The notes under the pieces are model-generated. The model did no database searches. It saw nothing but the letters and a program-made list of their open reading frames with translations, and had not been told where the DNA came from. A program made the position numbers and the translations under genes. A stretch of DNA of 63,467 nt, the filler included, from Reticulomyxa filosa (taxonomy: Eukaryota; Protista; Foraminifera), in NCBI GenBank assembly GCA_000512085.1. It is 18 parts of 18 records of this genome, joined end to end, with 100 filler letters (N's around TTAATTAATTAA, not from the genome) between each part and the next. Parts side by side here need not be neighbours in the genome. Positions count along the whole stretch, not along the records: positions 1 to 5,799 come from ASPP01014816.1; positions 5,900 to 7,761 come from ASPP01023591.1; positions 7,862 to 9,179 come from ASPP01028705.1; positions 9,280 to 11,416 come from ASPP01006380.1; positions 11,517 to 13,063 come from ASPP01039657.1; 13 more parts are not named here. One strand, written 5' to 3'. This document shows positions 1 through 13,163 of the stretch, one piece after another. Positions within the stretch are counted from its first letter, which is position 1. Every line of letters begins with the position of its first letter.

Positions 1-81
1 AAAAAAAAAAAAAAAAGGGAGGAGAAAGTTTGAACCACAATGGAAATATGTGTACGTTGGCACTGCTCTTGCAAATAATAG

Positions 82-3000
82 CCATCTATCCACACTTCGA
101 ATGAAACATCTCGCAAACAAAGCATAAGCAAGCAGTCGCAGTCCAGTAGTGGTGTGACAATGACCACCCTTAGTTCCCCAGTTGTCCTCGACATGAAAGA
201 GTCACGAGTTAATTCTCCGCAGACCTTCAACATCACAATCGAAACGCCAGTGGTAGGGACGACCCAGGGCGAAGGAACCCCACAGACACAAACGACAGAT
301 GATCACAGTAACCCCTTGATCACGTTTTCCACGCCGCTCGCCCATTCAAATTCAAGAAAGCAACTATTCGCAATTGCTTCCAGAATGTGGAAAGGGGTGC
401 AAATAAAATTTCGCAGGTTCATATTTACTTCTATACCTTATGCAATGTAGATTTTTTTTTTTTTTTTTGAAACGGACTTTGGACTTTGGAAACATAGAGC
501 GAGCATTTGGGCAAAGAAAGATATGGTCAGTGGGAACGTGATTGTGGATTGGCTTGAACAAAATGTAAACGAAACAAAGACACGAGATAGCGCGATTGAA
601 ATGGCTCAACAGATGCTCGATTACGGTATTCTTCGAAGCACGAAAAACAACAAGGAAAAGTTTGTCGATTCCAGTCAAGAGTTGTATCGCTTTACCGAAA
701 TGATTGAAGAAAAGCCGCTACTGCCCGCTGCTACTGCTGCTGCTGCTGCTGCTGCTGCCGCTGCCGAACCAAGCATGTCCAAAAATCGCCAGTCGCTATT
801 GCTTGGACAAAATCGCTCCTGGAATCCAAACAACAAAATCAGTGCCATTATGAGTAGCTCTTCGTCGTCCATACCGCGAACGAGTTCGAAAGAGAAACTG
901 TCCAGTGCTCGACCTTCGCTCGCGCATGCCATTGGCCACCCTGTAAGTAACACTGGCGGACAGAAACAGCAGAACGAGGCGATACGTAATTTGCTGACTC
1001 ATATTATTTTTGTCGAAATACATACAATGGATTACGATAGTGCCAGGTTTCAAGAAGAGCAGTTGAAGCCTCTTTTGGAGGAAATGAAAACGAAATTTGT
1101 CGAGTGTGACAAAGAAAAGCGTGGAGCATTGAACCGCAAAGAATTTGGGGAATGGCTCGAAAAATGTGGCTTGCGATTGTTTGCGGACGATGTCAATACT
1201 GTATTTACCATCTTTGATGTTCATGGCACAGGCTTTGTTGACTACAGACAATTTATGAAATCACACGTTCCCAAGTCCGTTCCTGGCGTTATTTCTCCGA
1301 CTTTATCGGACTTGCTGAAGCACACGATTACGGTGCACTTTGGAGTTGAGTCGCAAATCTTTGTTTTTTTTTTTTAATTGTGATAGTTAAAACAGTTAAA
1401 AAAAAAACAAAATGCTGCTTTTGTTGATGTATGCCCAAACAATAACGTTTCAGACGCAAGACCGAGAAGATGGCACGGTTACTACACGTGCGACAAGGAA
1501 CATGGATGCGATATCGAACGCGTTCATCGAAATCAATACCAAGAAAACAGGATTCATTACCTTGGAAGAGTTTGACACTGCCTTTGAAAGACATAAAATC
1601 AAGGTATATGGAGGCTTGAGTAGTCTATTCATGACCATTTCAAAAGGCAAAGATACCATCTCATTGGCAGACTTTTCCAGTGCATTTAGTTCCGCTGTTT
1701 ACAGTCATCGAACTGCAGCCCCAACAACAAAAGACATTTTGGAACAAGCTCATTTTTTGCGCTTTCAAGTTTTGTCCAGCGCATATATCTTCTTTTTTAT
1801 GTCGCGAATGTAAGCTATGTTTTATTATTGTGTTGTTGTTGTTGTTGTTGTTTGAATATCGGTACGAACTCGAAAAGACCGAAACTGGGGAAGAAGAAGT
1901 GCCTCCAAAGAAAACTGTGTCTTTTTGATCAGTGATGATGAATCCCACGGTGAAGACACAGAAGAGATCCCTGCTGTTCCGGAAACCATAAGTATGACCA
2001 AAGGCGAGCCCGAAAAAAATGACACTTGGACAAAGCATATAGATGCTTCTAGGACGTCATTCAGTGAAGGTATTAGTATGTGCTGTGTGAAGAAGACCTA
2101 GCGATCCTTGTATTTGTAATATTATATACGTATACATATATGTATATGTATATGTATGTATACGTTATATATATGTGTGTGTGTGTGTATCGTGAAATAG
2201 ATTCAATGAATTATGACGCAAAAACACATCGGTCAAATCCCGGAGACCAGGATAACATTTTAGAAGACGACGAAAATGACAACGAACTAGTGAGTCCGCA
2301 TCTTTATAATCATTCCTCCGGGAATCGCGCCTCTGACGTTCCCAAAGCACTTATGTCCGATTTGGCCAAGATGAAGAATACCAACAGTGGTCCTAGCGAC
2401 CAAGACCCAATGTCTTCTCTCCGACAAGACGGAGACACTGGACGCTCTTCTAACAACGCAGACTTGCAGATGGCAATTGACAAAGTGATATCTGATGTGG
2501 GCCTGGAAATAGACCTCCTCTCTTCGCCCAAATCACCGCATACAGCAGTTCGGTTGACAGCATACGAGGCTTGGCAGAGAATATATAAATGTTACATTGA
2601 CGAGTTGTGGCGAATGGCTTGGCCGGCGTGTCTGATGTTGATACCATTGCACATTATCCAAAGCATTCGAGACACTTTTTTTTACACAATTCCAGTGCTG
2701 ACGTGGTACGGGTTTGGAGTGTTCTTATATCTCGCTTTGCAATCCACAATGATTGGCTATCGGATCACCGCAAAGCTATTTTGGCTATCAATTGGTATGT
2801 AAGACATACTATCGGCCTATTCAATGTATGCTTTGTTTGTTGATTGCTGTTATTTTCAGTCACAACTAACTCTTTTTCTATATTGCATGTGTGTCTGTTT
2901 GTTTGTTTTCTCTTCTCCTTTGCTATGTTAAACAAGGTATATCGGCAGGATTTGCAGGACTCTATGTAGTCTTGTCACATATTGTGAAGCACAAAGGGGC

Positions 3001-4220
3001 AAATATATTATTGGCGATGCCCGGAGGTTTCTTGTGGATAATGATAGTAATCAGCGAGATTGTGGGACGCATGTGGTTCATTCGTCAGGTCGCAAAAGAG
3101 AGAAGCAAACGAGGATACTTTGAGTATGCACTGTCTCGAGCCCTTGGCGTGTCTATGTTTTGGCTTGTTCAGACTTTCATTCAAATGGCTTTGGCAACAG
3201 TCGAGTTTACAAATCCCTGGGCAATGTTTGGTTACATCATTGTAGCACTAATGGTAATTCGTGGCCTCCTGGTCATTTTCTTTGGCACCAATTTTGTGGA
3301 TCATCTTTCCGATCATTTTTATTTTGAAGATGGCGATCGATTGGACTTGAAAACGCATCAAATGATTGTCACGCAATTGTCATTGATGGCAACATATCCA
3401 TGCTTGTTTGCATTATATCGTCGAAATTTTGTTGATTCAGTTTTTATGTGGCCCATTTATGCCGGATTCACGGTTTATCAATTGTTGCTTTTGTGTCTTG
3501 ATTATATTACAAAGCGACCCAAAATAAGAGGAGTTTATTTCTTTTTTTTTTTTTTTTTTTCACGTATACTTGTGTTTGGTCTTTATCTCCGTTTTTTTAT
3601 TGACGGAGAACTGCATTTTAAGCATTAGTTTGGTTTTTCTTTATGCGCTTGACAGAGGCAAGTCTCTGTATTTCGTGGAGAGTTATTGGCATGGTTGGCT
3701 ATTGGAATCAAGGCGATTATGTCATCTTTATATCACACCAACAAGAAAGGGAAGCCGCAATCATTCAGATACTATGACAATAAGTCTATTGAAAGATCTG
3801 CCTCCATGGTTGGTTCTTGGATTTGGGGTCTTGTCCTAATTTTCTTTTGTGCATTCGTTCGGTTTTATCGTATTTGGACGTATTCCCAAATTGATGACTA
3901 TAGTGCAGAAATCATCCCTTCACAGACTCATACTTATTATGTCAGAATTATATGTTTGATGACTATCGGGTATATTGTTTCAGTTACAGAGGTTGCGGAA
4001 GCTTGGACCAACGAATTGTAAATACTTTGATTCTTACACACTCGGTCTTTCGTTTTAATTGTAGGTATTGAAATGTAGCATAAGTTGTGCCGCAAGCCTT
4101 TTTCTTTGCATGTGCATGTATTCAACACGATGTGGTAGTATTCATGTAACATTTGCGGATATTTGTATTGAATCAAATTCGGCATTGCACGTTCGAAATA
4201 TGGGCATCACTTTTGTGTGA
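82..4220 (+). CDS. Multi-exon gene (5' end uncertain): DEP domain + EF-hand pairs + C-terminal multipass transmembrane region
   Basis: ORF 523-1377 has a DEP-like segment (VSGNVIVDWLEQN...RDSAIEMAQQMLDYGIL...FVDSSQELYRF) and EF-hand loops DKEKRGALNRKE and DVHGTGFVDYRQ. ORF 1412-1813 has NTKKTGFITLEE. ORFs 2080-4021 have many hydrophobic helices. GT..AG introns with poly-T separate them. A probable last exon 4065-4220 reads VLKCSISCAAS...ITFV*. Confidence 0.75.
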
Positions 4221-4639
4221 AGAAATACGCCATTACAGTTTTTTTATTTGTTTTTTTTGTTTGTTCTTTGCTAAAATCTTTAAAATCTTTGATGTTTGAA
4301 AAAAAATCACAAATTTTTAATGTTTCACTGCTTTTTGGTACTTCGTCTCAATTGCGCACCACATAAACAAAACTTTCATTTTGTTTCTTTAAATTTTTTA
4401 GAATGGCTTTTAAATAAGTGAAATACGAATTTGCATCTTCTTTTATGAATGATTATCGTGTGCGATGAAGATTTGAGTTTTTTAAATACATCAATTATAA
4501 TCAGATCTTTGCCGTTTTTTGACAATAAAATAAGTTTTTGCCATTAAGGTTAACAAAACTCTTTTTTCATTCGAGTGTAAAAGTCATAAAATAAATACCC
4601 ACATTTTAAAATGAAAACTAACAAGTTATAAAAAAATTC

Positions 4640-5010
4640 ATATATTAATTTCCAAACACGAGTGTTACCTTTGACTTGAAAATATAATTCAGAACATATA
4701 ACATTTAGCTTATCATCAAATTCATTACTGTTACTACAAATAGTAGATACTCAACAAACATAGTCCAATCTATGTATTCATTGAACATTTGAATTTGTTG
4801 ACAAGATGTAATATTCCATAAACGAACACTTTTATCACATGATCCAGATAATATTGTATTTACACAACCACTAATTCTAATTTCATTGGATACATGTTCC
4901 ACACAATTAAAATCGTTTATATGGCCTTCAAATGTAATAAATTGTTTTGATGTTTCAATGTCATATATACGATTAGCATTATCATTTGACCCAGAGAACA
5001 AATTGTATAC
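4640..5010 (-). pseudogene. Degenerate WD40-repeat gene of the expanded family
   Basis: SGSNDNANRIYD..FEGH and TILSGSCDKSVRLWN resemble the intact copy at 55715-57060. The frame is truncated and broken on both sides. Confidence 0.7.
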
Positions 5011-5691
5011 TAATTATACCAGTCAAGGTAACAGTCAGCACACACCATAGCTCAAAAAAGGACAAAGAAGAAATTCCAGTGGCATAGAAAAGCTTTTGCA
5101 GTTGTTATTATGAATTTGGAACAACACTTTTATTCATATTTCTTAACTTAGCATAGCAAAGATTAGAAACAAATATAACCATCACTTTAAGTTTTGTGTA
5201 CATATTTGTATTACACCAACCTTCAATCTCACAAATAAAATAGTTCAAAATTTTGAAAAAGTACTAACACGGACAATAAATAAACAAATATTCAACAAAT
5301 GCTTCACATTCATCAGCATGTTTTTAACCACAATACGACAACTACCATTTTTTAAAAGTGCAATATTCCAATTTTTAAAAACTTTTCTATTCAAAATCAA
5401 GTATCTTCTAAAAAAGCAAAAAATAGTCGCCGAAATGAAAAAATATATGTAAGTCTGTAGCTTCTTTTTTTCATCGTGTTTTTCAAAGTGGACAGCCAAC
5501 AAAAAAAGTTCAACTTCTTTTTAAACTGCGTGCACGTCATTTATAAACTACAACAAAACACCAAATCCATTACTAAAAAATAACAAATTTCACAACAACG
5601 TCGAAGCGTTCAATTAAAACTTTTTTTTTTTTTTAAAATTTTTTTTTTTTTTTACAAAAGCGAAAAAACTAACCCTTAATTATCAAATTAT

Positions 5692-5799
5692 CATATGATT
5701 TGCATGAAAAGAAAATTATTTGTTGACAGAATAATGATAATTTCTAGTTGTTTGTAGAACAAACGAGACAAGCAATGCAATATTGCGAATATTTATGTT
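5692..5799. repeat. Dispersed ~110-bp non-coding repeat, second copy at 49661-49778
   Basis: Both sites share cagaataatgataatttctag(t/c)tgtttgtagaacaaacgagacaagcaatgcaatattgcga. Confidence 0.85.
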
Positions 5800-5899
5800 N
5801 NNNNNNNNNNNNNNNNNNNNNNNNNNNNNNNNNNNNNNNNNNNTTAATTAATTAANNNNNNNNNNNNNNNNNNNNNNNNNNNNNNNNNNNNNNNNNNNN
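5800..5899. other. Artificial contig linker N44-TTAATTAATTAA-N44 (first of 17; others start at 7762, 9180, 11417, 13064, 17604, 20212, 26286, 29026, 39398, 45639, 46804, 48928, 51978, 53441, 55089, 57230)
   Basis: Identical 100-nt spacer each time. TTAATTAATTAA gives stops in all six frames. Confidence 0.98.
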
Positions 5900-7683
5900 G
5901 CACACAGGTTTGAAAATACTGTTCAAATTTCCCAAACTTGTGTTTGCAGCTTGTTGTCGACTTCCGTGTGAATACTTGTGTCTTGTGTATTGTCTTTCTC
6001 ATTATGAATGACGTGATCACCAGCCTTACTAACGGAAAAGGCAGAAGCCATTTCAATTGGTTTTTTTGGTTGCGTCTTGCCATATTTTTTCAATAATTTG
6101 TGTAATGAGGCTTGGAACGCTTGCGCATGTCCCAGACATCCTGGATTGCAAAAACTCTTCTTTTTTCATCGCCTTGCTCATCTGTGCCACTATTTCCCCA
6201 ACCACTTCGCGATGGCGCTTCGCACGATACGTGCTGGAACAGTCTTTCAAACAATACGTTTTCAAATACGACAAGGGACAGCTTTCGACATATGTCGAGG
6301 GGATTTTTATTCTCGTTGGCAGGCTTTCCTAAAAAAAAAAAATATATATATTTTTTTTTTCCCCAAGTATCCCCCCCCTCCGTTCACATTTTATATATTT
6401 AAAAAAAACAAAATGTAACTTCAAATTCAGTGTGCTTCAAATAATGACACAACAGCTCATTACCATAGCTGTCACAAATAGTGAAATAGCGCTGGGCGGT
6501 CGGAATAAGACCCTCAAACGCATTAGGGATTTGCACAGATGAAAAGGTAAGCTTTTCCAAAGGAAGGGTAATCCACAACTTTTTACTCAGTCGCATGATA
6601 AGCGAGTCGTAGTGAACATACACACAAACGTACTCCCAACGCTTGGACTTCTCCTCAAATATCCCAAACGCACTTTGTTTCAGTTTTTCAATTTTTCGAA
6701 TGCGTTTCAAGCATTTCTTATGAAATTCTTTGTTTGGAGTAAGCTTTGTGTCGTTGTCATTAACATTGTTGGTATTATTATTACTATTATTATTATTATT
6801 ATTATTATCATTATTATTCGTATCATTGGTATTATTCACAATTTTTTCTATCATTCAATAGTTTCGCTCACACTTTTTATTTCATCGTCCCATTTTTTTT
6901 GCTGTTGGACCTGCTCTTCAAAGATGTTATGTAAGACTTTGTCAATGTTTTGCAACAAGCAGTCACTCAATTCCCCGGGGAAATCGGTTATTGTTTCTGC
7001 TTTCGAAGTGTCCATGGTGTTGCGCAATAGCAAGGAAAATCGTCCAATTGCTGCATTTCCTATTGTTTTGTTTGGTATCTCCCATATATATATTTTTTTT
7101 TTTTGATAATTGCAAAAAAAAATAATGAAAGAAATTGTCGTAACCGAGTTTGGTCAGATTACTTTGCTTGTTGATTTCCTCATCACTATCGGTATTGTCT
7201 GACACATCATCATCAGAGTCTTGTTCCGGATTTGTTTTGTCCTAAATGTGATTTTAGATTTATTACACTATCATGGCACTACCGATATATTATTATGTAC
7301 ACATACACATTTAATATGCATTTGTTGTACATGTAAACATAACTTGGCTTGTTTCTGATTTTTCATTTTTGGATGATGTGCTATTCTTTAATTCTGTCTC
7401 GGGGCTTTTTTTATCTTCTTCTTTTTCTTCCTTTTTTTCCAAACTTTCTTTTTTTGCCAACTTTGGCTTTGGAGAAATAATGTCCCCTTTTGGACGATAT
7501 ATTCGAATAAAACATTGATAGTAAAAAAGGTCGGGCAATATTCGTACTTGCGTTAATACATTTTCCGGGTCAAATTTTTTACGTAGACTATATGTATTGT
7601 ACTCAGTCTTTGCCTGATGGGACAGAAGCACTGCACCTGCAATTGCCGTTGTCACGCCAAAAACAATTTGTTTTTTGCTCATC
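5900..7683 (-). CDS. Multi-exon hypothetical protein with N-terminal hydrophobic anchor, 3'-partial
   Basis: MSKKQIVFGVTTAIAGAVLL start. Collinear minus-strand ORFs 7311-7712, 6963-7205, 6851-7033, 6399-6854, 6053-6274 are separated by AT-rich introns. Poly-N tract present. No recognisable domain. Confidence 0.55.
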
Positions 7684-7861
7684 TTTTTTTTTTTTTGGTT
7701 ATATCTATTCACTCGATAATTTCTAACACATTTGTTCCCTCCCCCCTCCTCTTGTGTTTCANNNNNNNNNNNNNNNNNNNNNNNNNNNNNNNNNNNNNNN
7801 NNNNNTTAATTAATTAANNNNNNNNNNNNNNNNNNNNNNNNNNNNNNNNNNNNNNNNNNNN

Positions 7862-8577
7862 AGCCTCACTGTCTGGGTCTTGATATCTTTTTTTAAAAAA
7901 ATGAAATAATTTTGTTGAGAAAAGGAGTAAAAAGATTTGAATTTGTTAGAGTAAATTGAAATAAAATGACGAAACTTAGCCCATGCTTCATTTCCAAAAG
8001 CAATGACTTGATGATTTTTATCCAGTAACAATGCTGTCTTTGTTTTATTACGAACCTCTTTCTTATCACATATTCCACTACTACTCCAATCTGTTATAAG
8101 ACGAACGCTGTCTGCTTTTTTCATAGTAATTCCCATAGCTGTCCCGTCAGTCCCAAAATCAATTGCAATAATGCAATCAAAATGCTCTGTGTTTCTCCAT
8201 GGCATGCTTGATCTTTTATTTAATACAAAAATTAGAGTGATTTTTTTTATGTTCTTTTCTATGTTTTTTAAATTAAAAATAAACAACAAAAACTGTCGAT
8301 TTTTGGGTTGATCATAATTTGGTCTTGGTGTCTGGCATTTTATACACTGCAGATATTGCTGTTTGTTGGACTTTTGACAAGTTGAGCAGTTCCAGTCGTC
8401 AGTTTGCACTTTTTGACTGTGAGAAAGAGTCAATTTGTCGAAACGAAAAGCGTTTTCTCTGTTTCTATCCTCTTTGATATCTTCCTCTTGGTTAGTTAAC
8501 ATGTCCAAGTTTTTTTTATGATTCTTGTTGAGCTTTTTAACAAGTTTACCTGGCTTTGTCGTTTTGTTAATGTACAA
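7862..8577 (-). CDS. RanBP2-type zinc finger + HSP70 (HSPA12-like) ATPase N-terminus, 3'-partial
   Basis: DWNCSTCQKSNKQQYLQCIKCQTPRP fits W-x-C-x2-C-x3-N-x6-C-x2-C. It is followed by IIAIDFGTDGTAMG and KTKTALLLD...IAFGNEA, typical of atypical HSP70s. Confidence 0.8.
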
Positions 8578-9279
8578 AAAAAATCATTAAATATTCTGCA
8601 AAACTGATGGCATTTTATTTTCCAATAAAATTGGTAATTTATTCTAAATTGAATCTTTGGCAATGCACGTTAAGTCAATTCCAACAAAGTTTCCAGATAA
8701 GACTGCTTGTTTTCATAGATGATCATTTAATCACTCAAAAGTATTAGTATGATTTTTTTGCTTCATTCCAATTGGCTTAAAATTCTAAGAAACACCTCAA
8801 TATTTTTTGGGCAGTGATATTAAAAATAATCCTTTCTTTAGGAACATTTCATAAAATGTTTATTCAATACAAAAGACAAGATTCAATTTCACCTATTTAA
8901 GAAAATAATTGCATGTAGTGTTGACGACATTTGAAAGTATCATATAATTTTTTGTTTTTAATTAAGCTTCAAAACGATTCTGTCAGACTTCACGGAAAAA
9001 CGTTTCAAATAAAGAATAAAAACGTTTCATACAAGTAAACTTTTTGTGGAGTTTGAACAATCAACAAAAAGAAAATTGCATGAATCGAATGTTCTTTTCT
9101 TAGGGTTCGTGAGTAAAAACGGTTAAAAAACGATTAAAAAAAAGGACATAAGTATTGTGCAATAACCAGCTGAAAGGAANNNNNNNNNNNNNNNNNNNNN
9201 NNNNNNNNNNNNNNNNNNNNNNNTTAATTAATTAANNNNNNNNNNNNNNNNNNNNNNNNNNNNNNNNNNNNNNNNNNNN

Positions 9280-11310
9280 GTCTGTTTTATCAGAAAAAAA
9301 ATACATATGTATATGTACATATATCATTTTTTTAAATAAAATTAAGCTCTGTTTTTTTTCCCAAGGGAGTCCCTTGAAAAAAAACAGAGTGCTAATTAAA
9401 CTTGTAAAATGAGCTCCAATTTTGTTATTGTCCAAGCGTAGCTGTTGCAAAGTCGGACAGCGGTGAAGCAACTGTGCAACAATGTGCATTTGTTTGTGGT
9501 TTAAATTGCAATTACTCAAATCTAATGTCACGATTTGTCTATTTTGACACAACGTGTCGCAGAGCAAGTTCCAAACGTGCACATCATCCGAGTACGACCA
9601 TCGACGTTTTGACAAGGTTCCAGCGAGATTCAAGTGCTGGACACAATTTGGTTCTTCGTCCAAAAAATTACACACTAATTCCAATATATATATGGAGAAA
9701 ACACTTTTTTTTTTTTTTTTTTGAAGACTCACACAAATACAAGTATATATATATGTACACATGCACGTACATGCACGGATTCCAGCACTTCCAAGAGGAA
9801 TACTGGAGAGATTCACTGTAGTTGGGAGTTTGTTGCAAAGAGAAGCGATTAATGCTTCCCATCGAATGGCATAACCAAGTTCACATAAATCCATCCAATA
9901 ATTACTCTCTTCTTCTTTTCGTTCGTCCTCACACGTGGACAGAGGCTCCAAAATTTCATTGGCTATTTGCTCCAGTTGCTTGACAAAATTACCATGACCA
10001 AACATTGACTCCACTTTCGTCTCTGCGAATAACTCCACTTCGTTTAATATCACGAGGTCTGATAAACTTTTGCACACATACATATATATAAGTATACGTA
10101 GGTAGGGTAAGTAGCTCTTTTTTTTTTTTTTTTAAATAAATTTTTTCAAAAGAGCGTGCGAACCAGTATACGATCTCTTGAAAGAAGTCACACGTATCGC
10201 ACAAAGGATTGCCGACAATATTAAGCACCTGTAGCTGTGGCAGCTTGCATAACTTGATCATTTCATCCAAACTTGTAATGCAATTGTTTTCCAATTGCAA
10301 TTCTCCAAGATATATCAGCGATTCTATGCCTGTTAAAGATTCAATGGCATTGTCATTTAGCAATAGTGTTTCGATAGTCGTCGGAAACACACCTTCCACT
10401 GATATAATTTTGTTATTACTCTGTTCGTTTTTTTTTGAGTTTCCTTTTTTTTTCCTTCTCCTCCTAGTGAAAGGAGAGATATTAAACAAAATAATGGAGT
10501 CAAAAAAAAAAGAGTCTCTAACCAAATCTAAAATCGTCAAACAGTTGTGATTGTTCAGTGTTGACACATTTTCAATTTGATTATCAGAAGCAAAAATTCG
10601 AGTGAGAGAAGTAACCTTTGACAAGGGCTCTAAATCTTGAAGTTGGTTATCTTTCAAAAGAAAAGACGTTTGCAGGTAGAGGAAAAAGAGAGACAGAAAA
10701 AACAAAGTAAATGAGGATTAGTCAATAGCATGGAAAAAATAAAAAAACATACTGCTGATATCTAATGTCTCCAAATATTTGTGTTGAGAGATTGCGTTGA
10801 ATTGAGTGATTTTGTTGTGAGATATATCTAGGAACAGCAAACTAGAGTTCCCCCTCCCGGTGCTTACGTCGAATGAAACTTCCAAGTCAAATTGTTCCAA
10901 GCTGTTGTGTGACGCGTTGAGATATTTTAAACAATTTAAGAGACAAAGTTCTTTGAGAGATGTCAATTGATTGCAAGAAATGTCCAATGTCTCAATATAT
11001 TCAAATTGTTCAATCGAACTTTGTAACCGAAAGTTTTCCAAGTGTTGGTTCTATGCATCAATTGTAATTGTGTTCCAAAAAAAACGCATTTTTCCCAGCT
11101 TTTTTTTTTAGACTAAGTTGTTAAAGGAAAGGGCAAAAAAACCCCTTGGGGGAAAAAAAGGGCATCCATTGCTAAACAGCCAACACAAGATCAGTTTCCA
11201 TGTGTACTCCCAGGAAGGGTTGCATCTTAATTTCGGCACCAACATCGTCCGTTAATTTGTTCTGTCTCTTCCTTCCGTCATCATTATCATTCACTTTCCC
11301 AGGTGCAAAC
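9280..11310 (-). CDS. Leucine-rich repeat protein (SDS22-like LRRs followed by RNI-like LRRs), multi-exon, 3'-partial
   Basis: Repeated LxxLxLxxNxL motifs (LDISCNQLTSL, LNASHNSL, LLLNDNAIESL, LQLENNCITSL), an LRR cap LNIVGNPLC, then LDLSNCNLN and LRLDNNKIG. Confidence 0.85.
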
Positions 11311-11516
11311 AAAAAGAAGCACTATTCTTTGTCATGTAATAAAACGCTTGCCGACAAGATTATGATCGATGACTTACGCAAAACGTGTGTTTTTCCACAA
11401 AAAAAAAAAAAAAAAANNNNNNNNNNNNNNNNNNNNNNNNNNNNNNNNNNNNNNNNNNNNTTAATTAATTAANNNNNNNNNNNNNNNNNNNNNNNNNNNN
11501 NNNNNNNNNNNNNNNN

Positions 11517-13063
11517 TGTGATATTTTGCACTTTCTTGCAGTAACTTTTCAAGCTTTGTTTCACTTTGGAGACTACTTTATTAATTTTTTCCCTTTTTGT
11601 CGTTATTATTACATTCATGTTTGTGTCTCTTGCTCCTTGCTGTTCTGATCTATCTCGTTTTCATCTTTTAACCATATTGTTGCTTTAATTGGAAAATGAT
11701 CCAATCATGTGTATACTTTCAAAATCTAAGGTATGTTTTTTCTTATGTACATTGCACCTGCTTACTGACTATCACATAGTCTATAATTGATCCTGTTACA
11801 TTTGTTGGTTTATTATCATGGAATGTTCTATCCCCATATCCTTGTTTGATATTCAGATTTCAAAATCATTGGTTTGACATAGTTGATTTAATATTACTTC
11901 ATTCTGATTGCTTTGAGTATCCACTGTTTCTCTCATCCTTGCGTTTAGATCACCCATTATTATTATTCCGTAATGTAGCATTTGGACATTTGAATTAAAT
12001 CCTCCAGTGCTTTGAATACTGCGTCAATTTTTTCATCATTTTCACTGCCTTTTGACAATATGCATACAAATATTATAATTATTTTACTTTTTGGAATCGC
12101 AATTGTCATCACGTTATCTTCTCGGTGACTGTTTTGTATTACTTTACCTGCCATTTGTTTCTATAGTAAATGCACATATCATTTTGTGGCCTCCCCCATT
12201 CTTTGTCATAATATGCACTTTGGAATATTCTCGTTGCTGCATTTGTTGAGTTTCGCAGCATCCAAAAAAATCAGTAAATTCATTATCAGATAAACTTCTA
12301 AAAGCGGAATGTTGTTCATTACCCATGTTTTTCCCCCATGTACGTTTAAAAACATAATATTACATTCTTTATGTATTATTCCATCTGCTCTATCCTTCAC
12401 TTCCACATTTCACAAAGATCCACAGGATTTCAGTTCTTGTATATACTGGTCCTTTGAATCTGCAATATGTACATCTTTTAAATAAGTTGTTTGCTGATCA
12501 GCGAAGCTCCCACTGCCGCATCGCCATTATTGATTTGCTTGGTCGTTCACGTTATTTTGTGGTAGTTCCTGGTTCCCTTGACTTTGTTCTTTTTGCTGCT
12601 GTTTCTTCTGGTTTCCCATCTCTTGATCCCTTATTTCTTGACTATTCAAATCTAAGTCATCTTGGCTTTGATTATTATTTTCGTTACTTTTTCTCATATT
12701 GAAATTATTGCCTAATCTATCACTAGCATCTTTACTTTTGTCAATATTTTTACTATTTTCTATCCAAATTCTTGGTCTCACCTTACATACTGGACGTTAG
12801 TTATACGTTCGAAATAAGGTCGCATTTGGTTGAACTTTTGACTATATACGTATCCGTTTTCTTGTTGAAATGGTATTATCCATGGTCTTACCTGTTTACT
12901 AAAGATACTGTTATTTTTCTTTTGAATGTAGACGTTTTCTTCCACTCTTTACTTCCTTTGCACTTTATTTTTTATTTTATGTTCATCAATCTATCCACCC
13001 ATGTTATTCACAATCCTTGTTTTGCTTCGTTGCTTCTTGTATTTTCTGAAGAACATATTTAAC
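11517..13063 (-). pseudogene. Heavily degraded coding remnant, possibly retroelement ORF1/gag-like
   Basis: Short collinear minus-strand ORFs broken by stops and frameshifts, Q/N/K-rich, no clear introns. The family assignment is speculative. Confidence 0.3.
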
Positions 13064-13163
13064 NNNNNNNNNNNNNNNNNNNNNNNNNNNNNNNNNNNNN
13101 NNNNNNNTTAATTAATTAANNNNNNNNNNNNNNNNNNNNNNNNNNNNNNNNNNNNNNNNNNNN

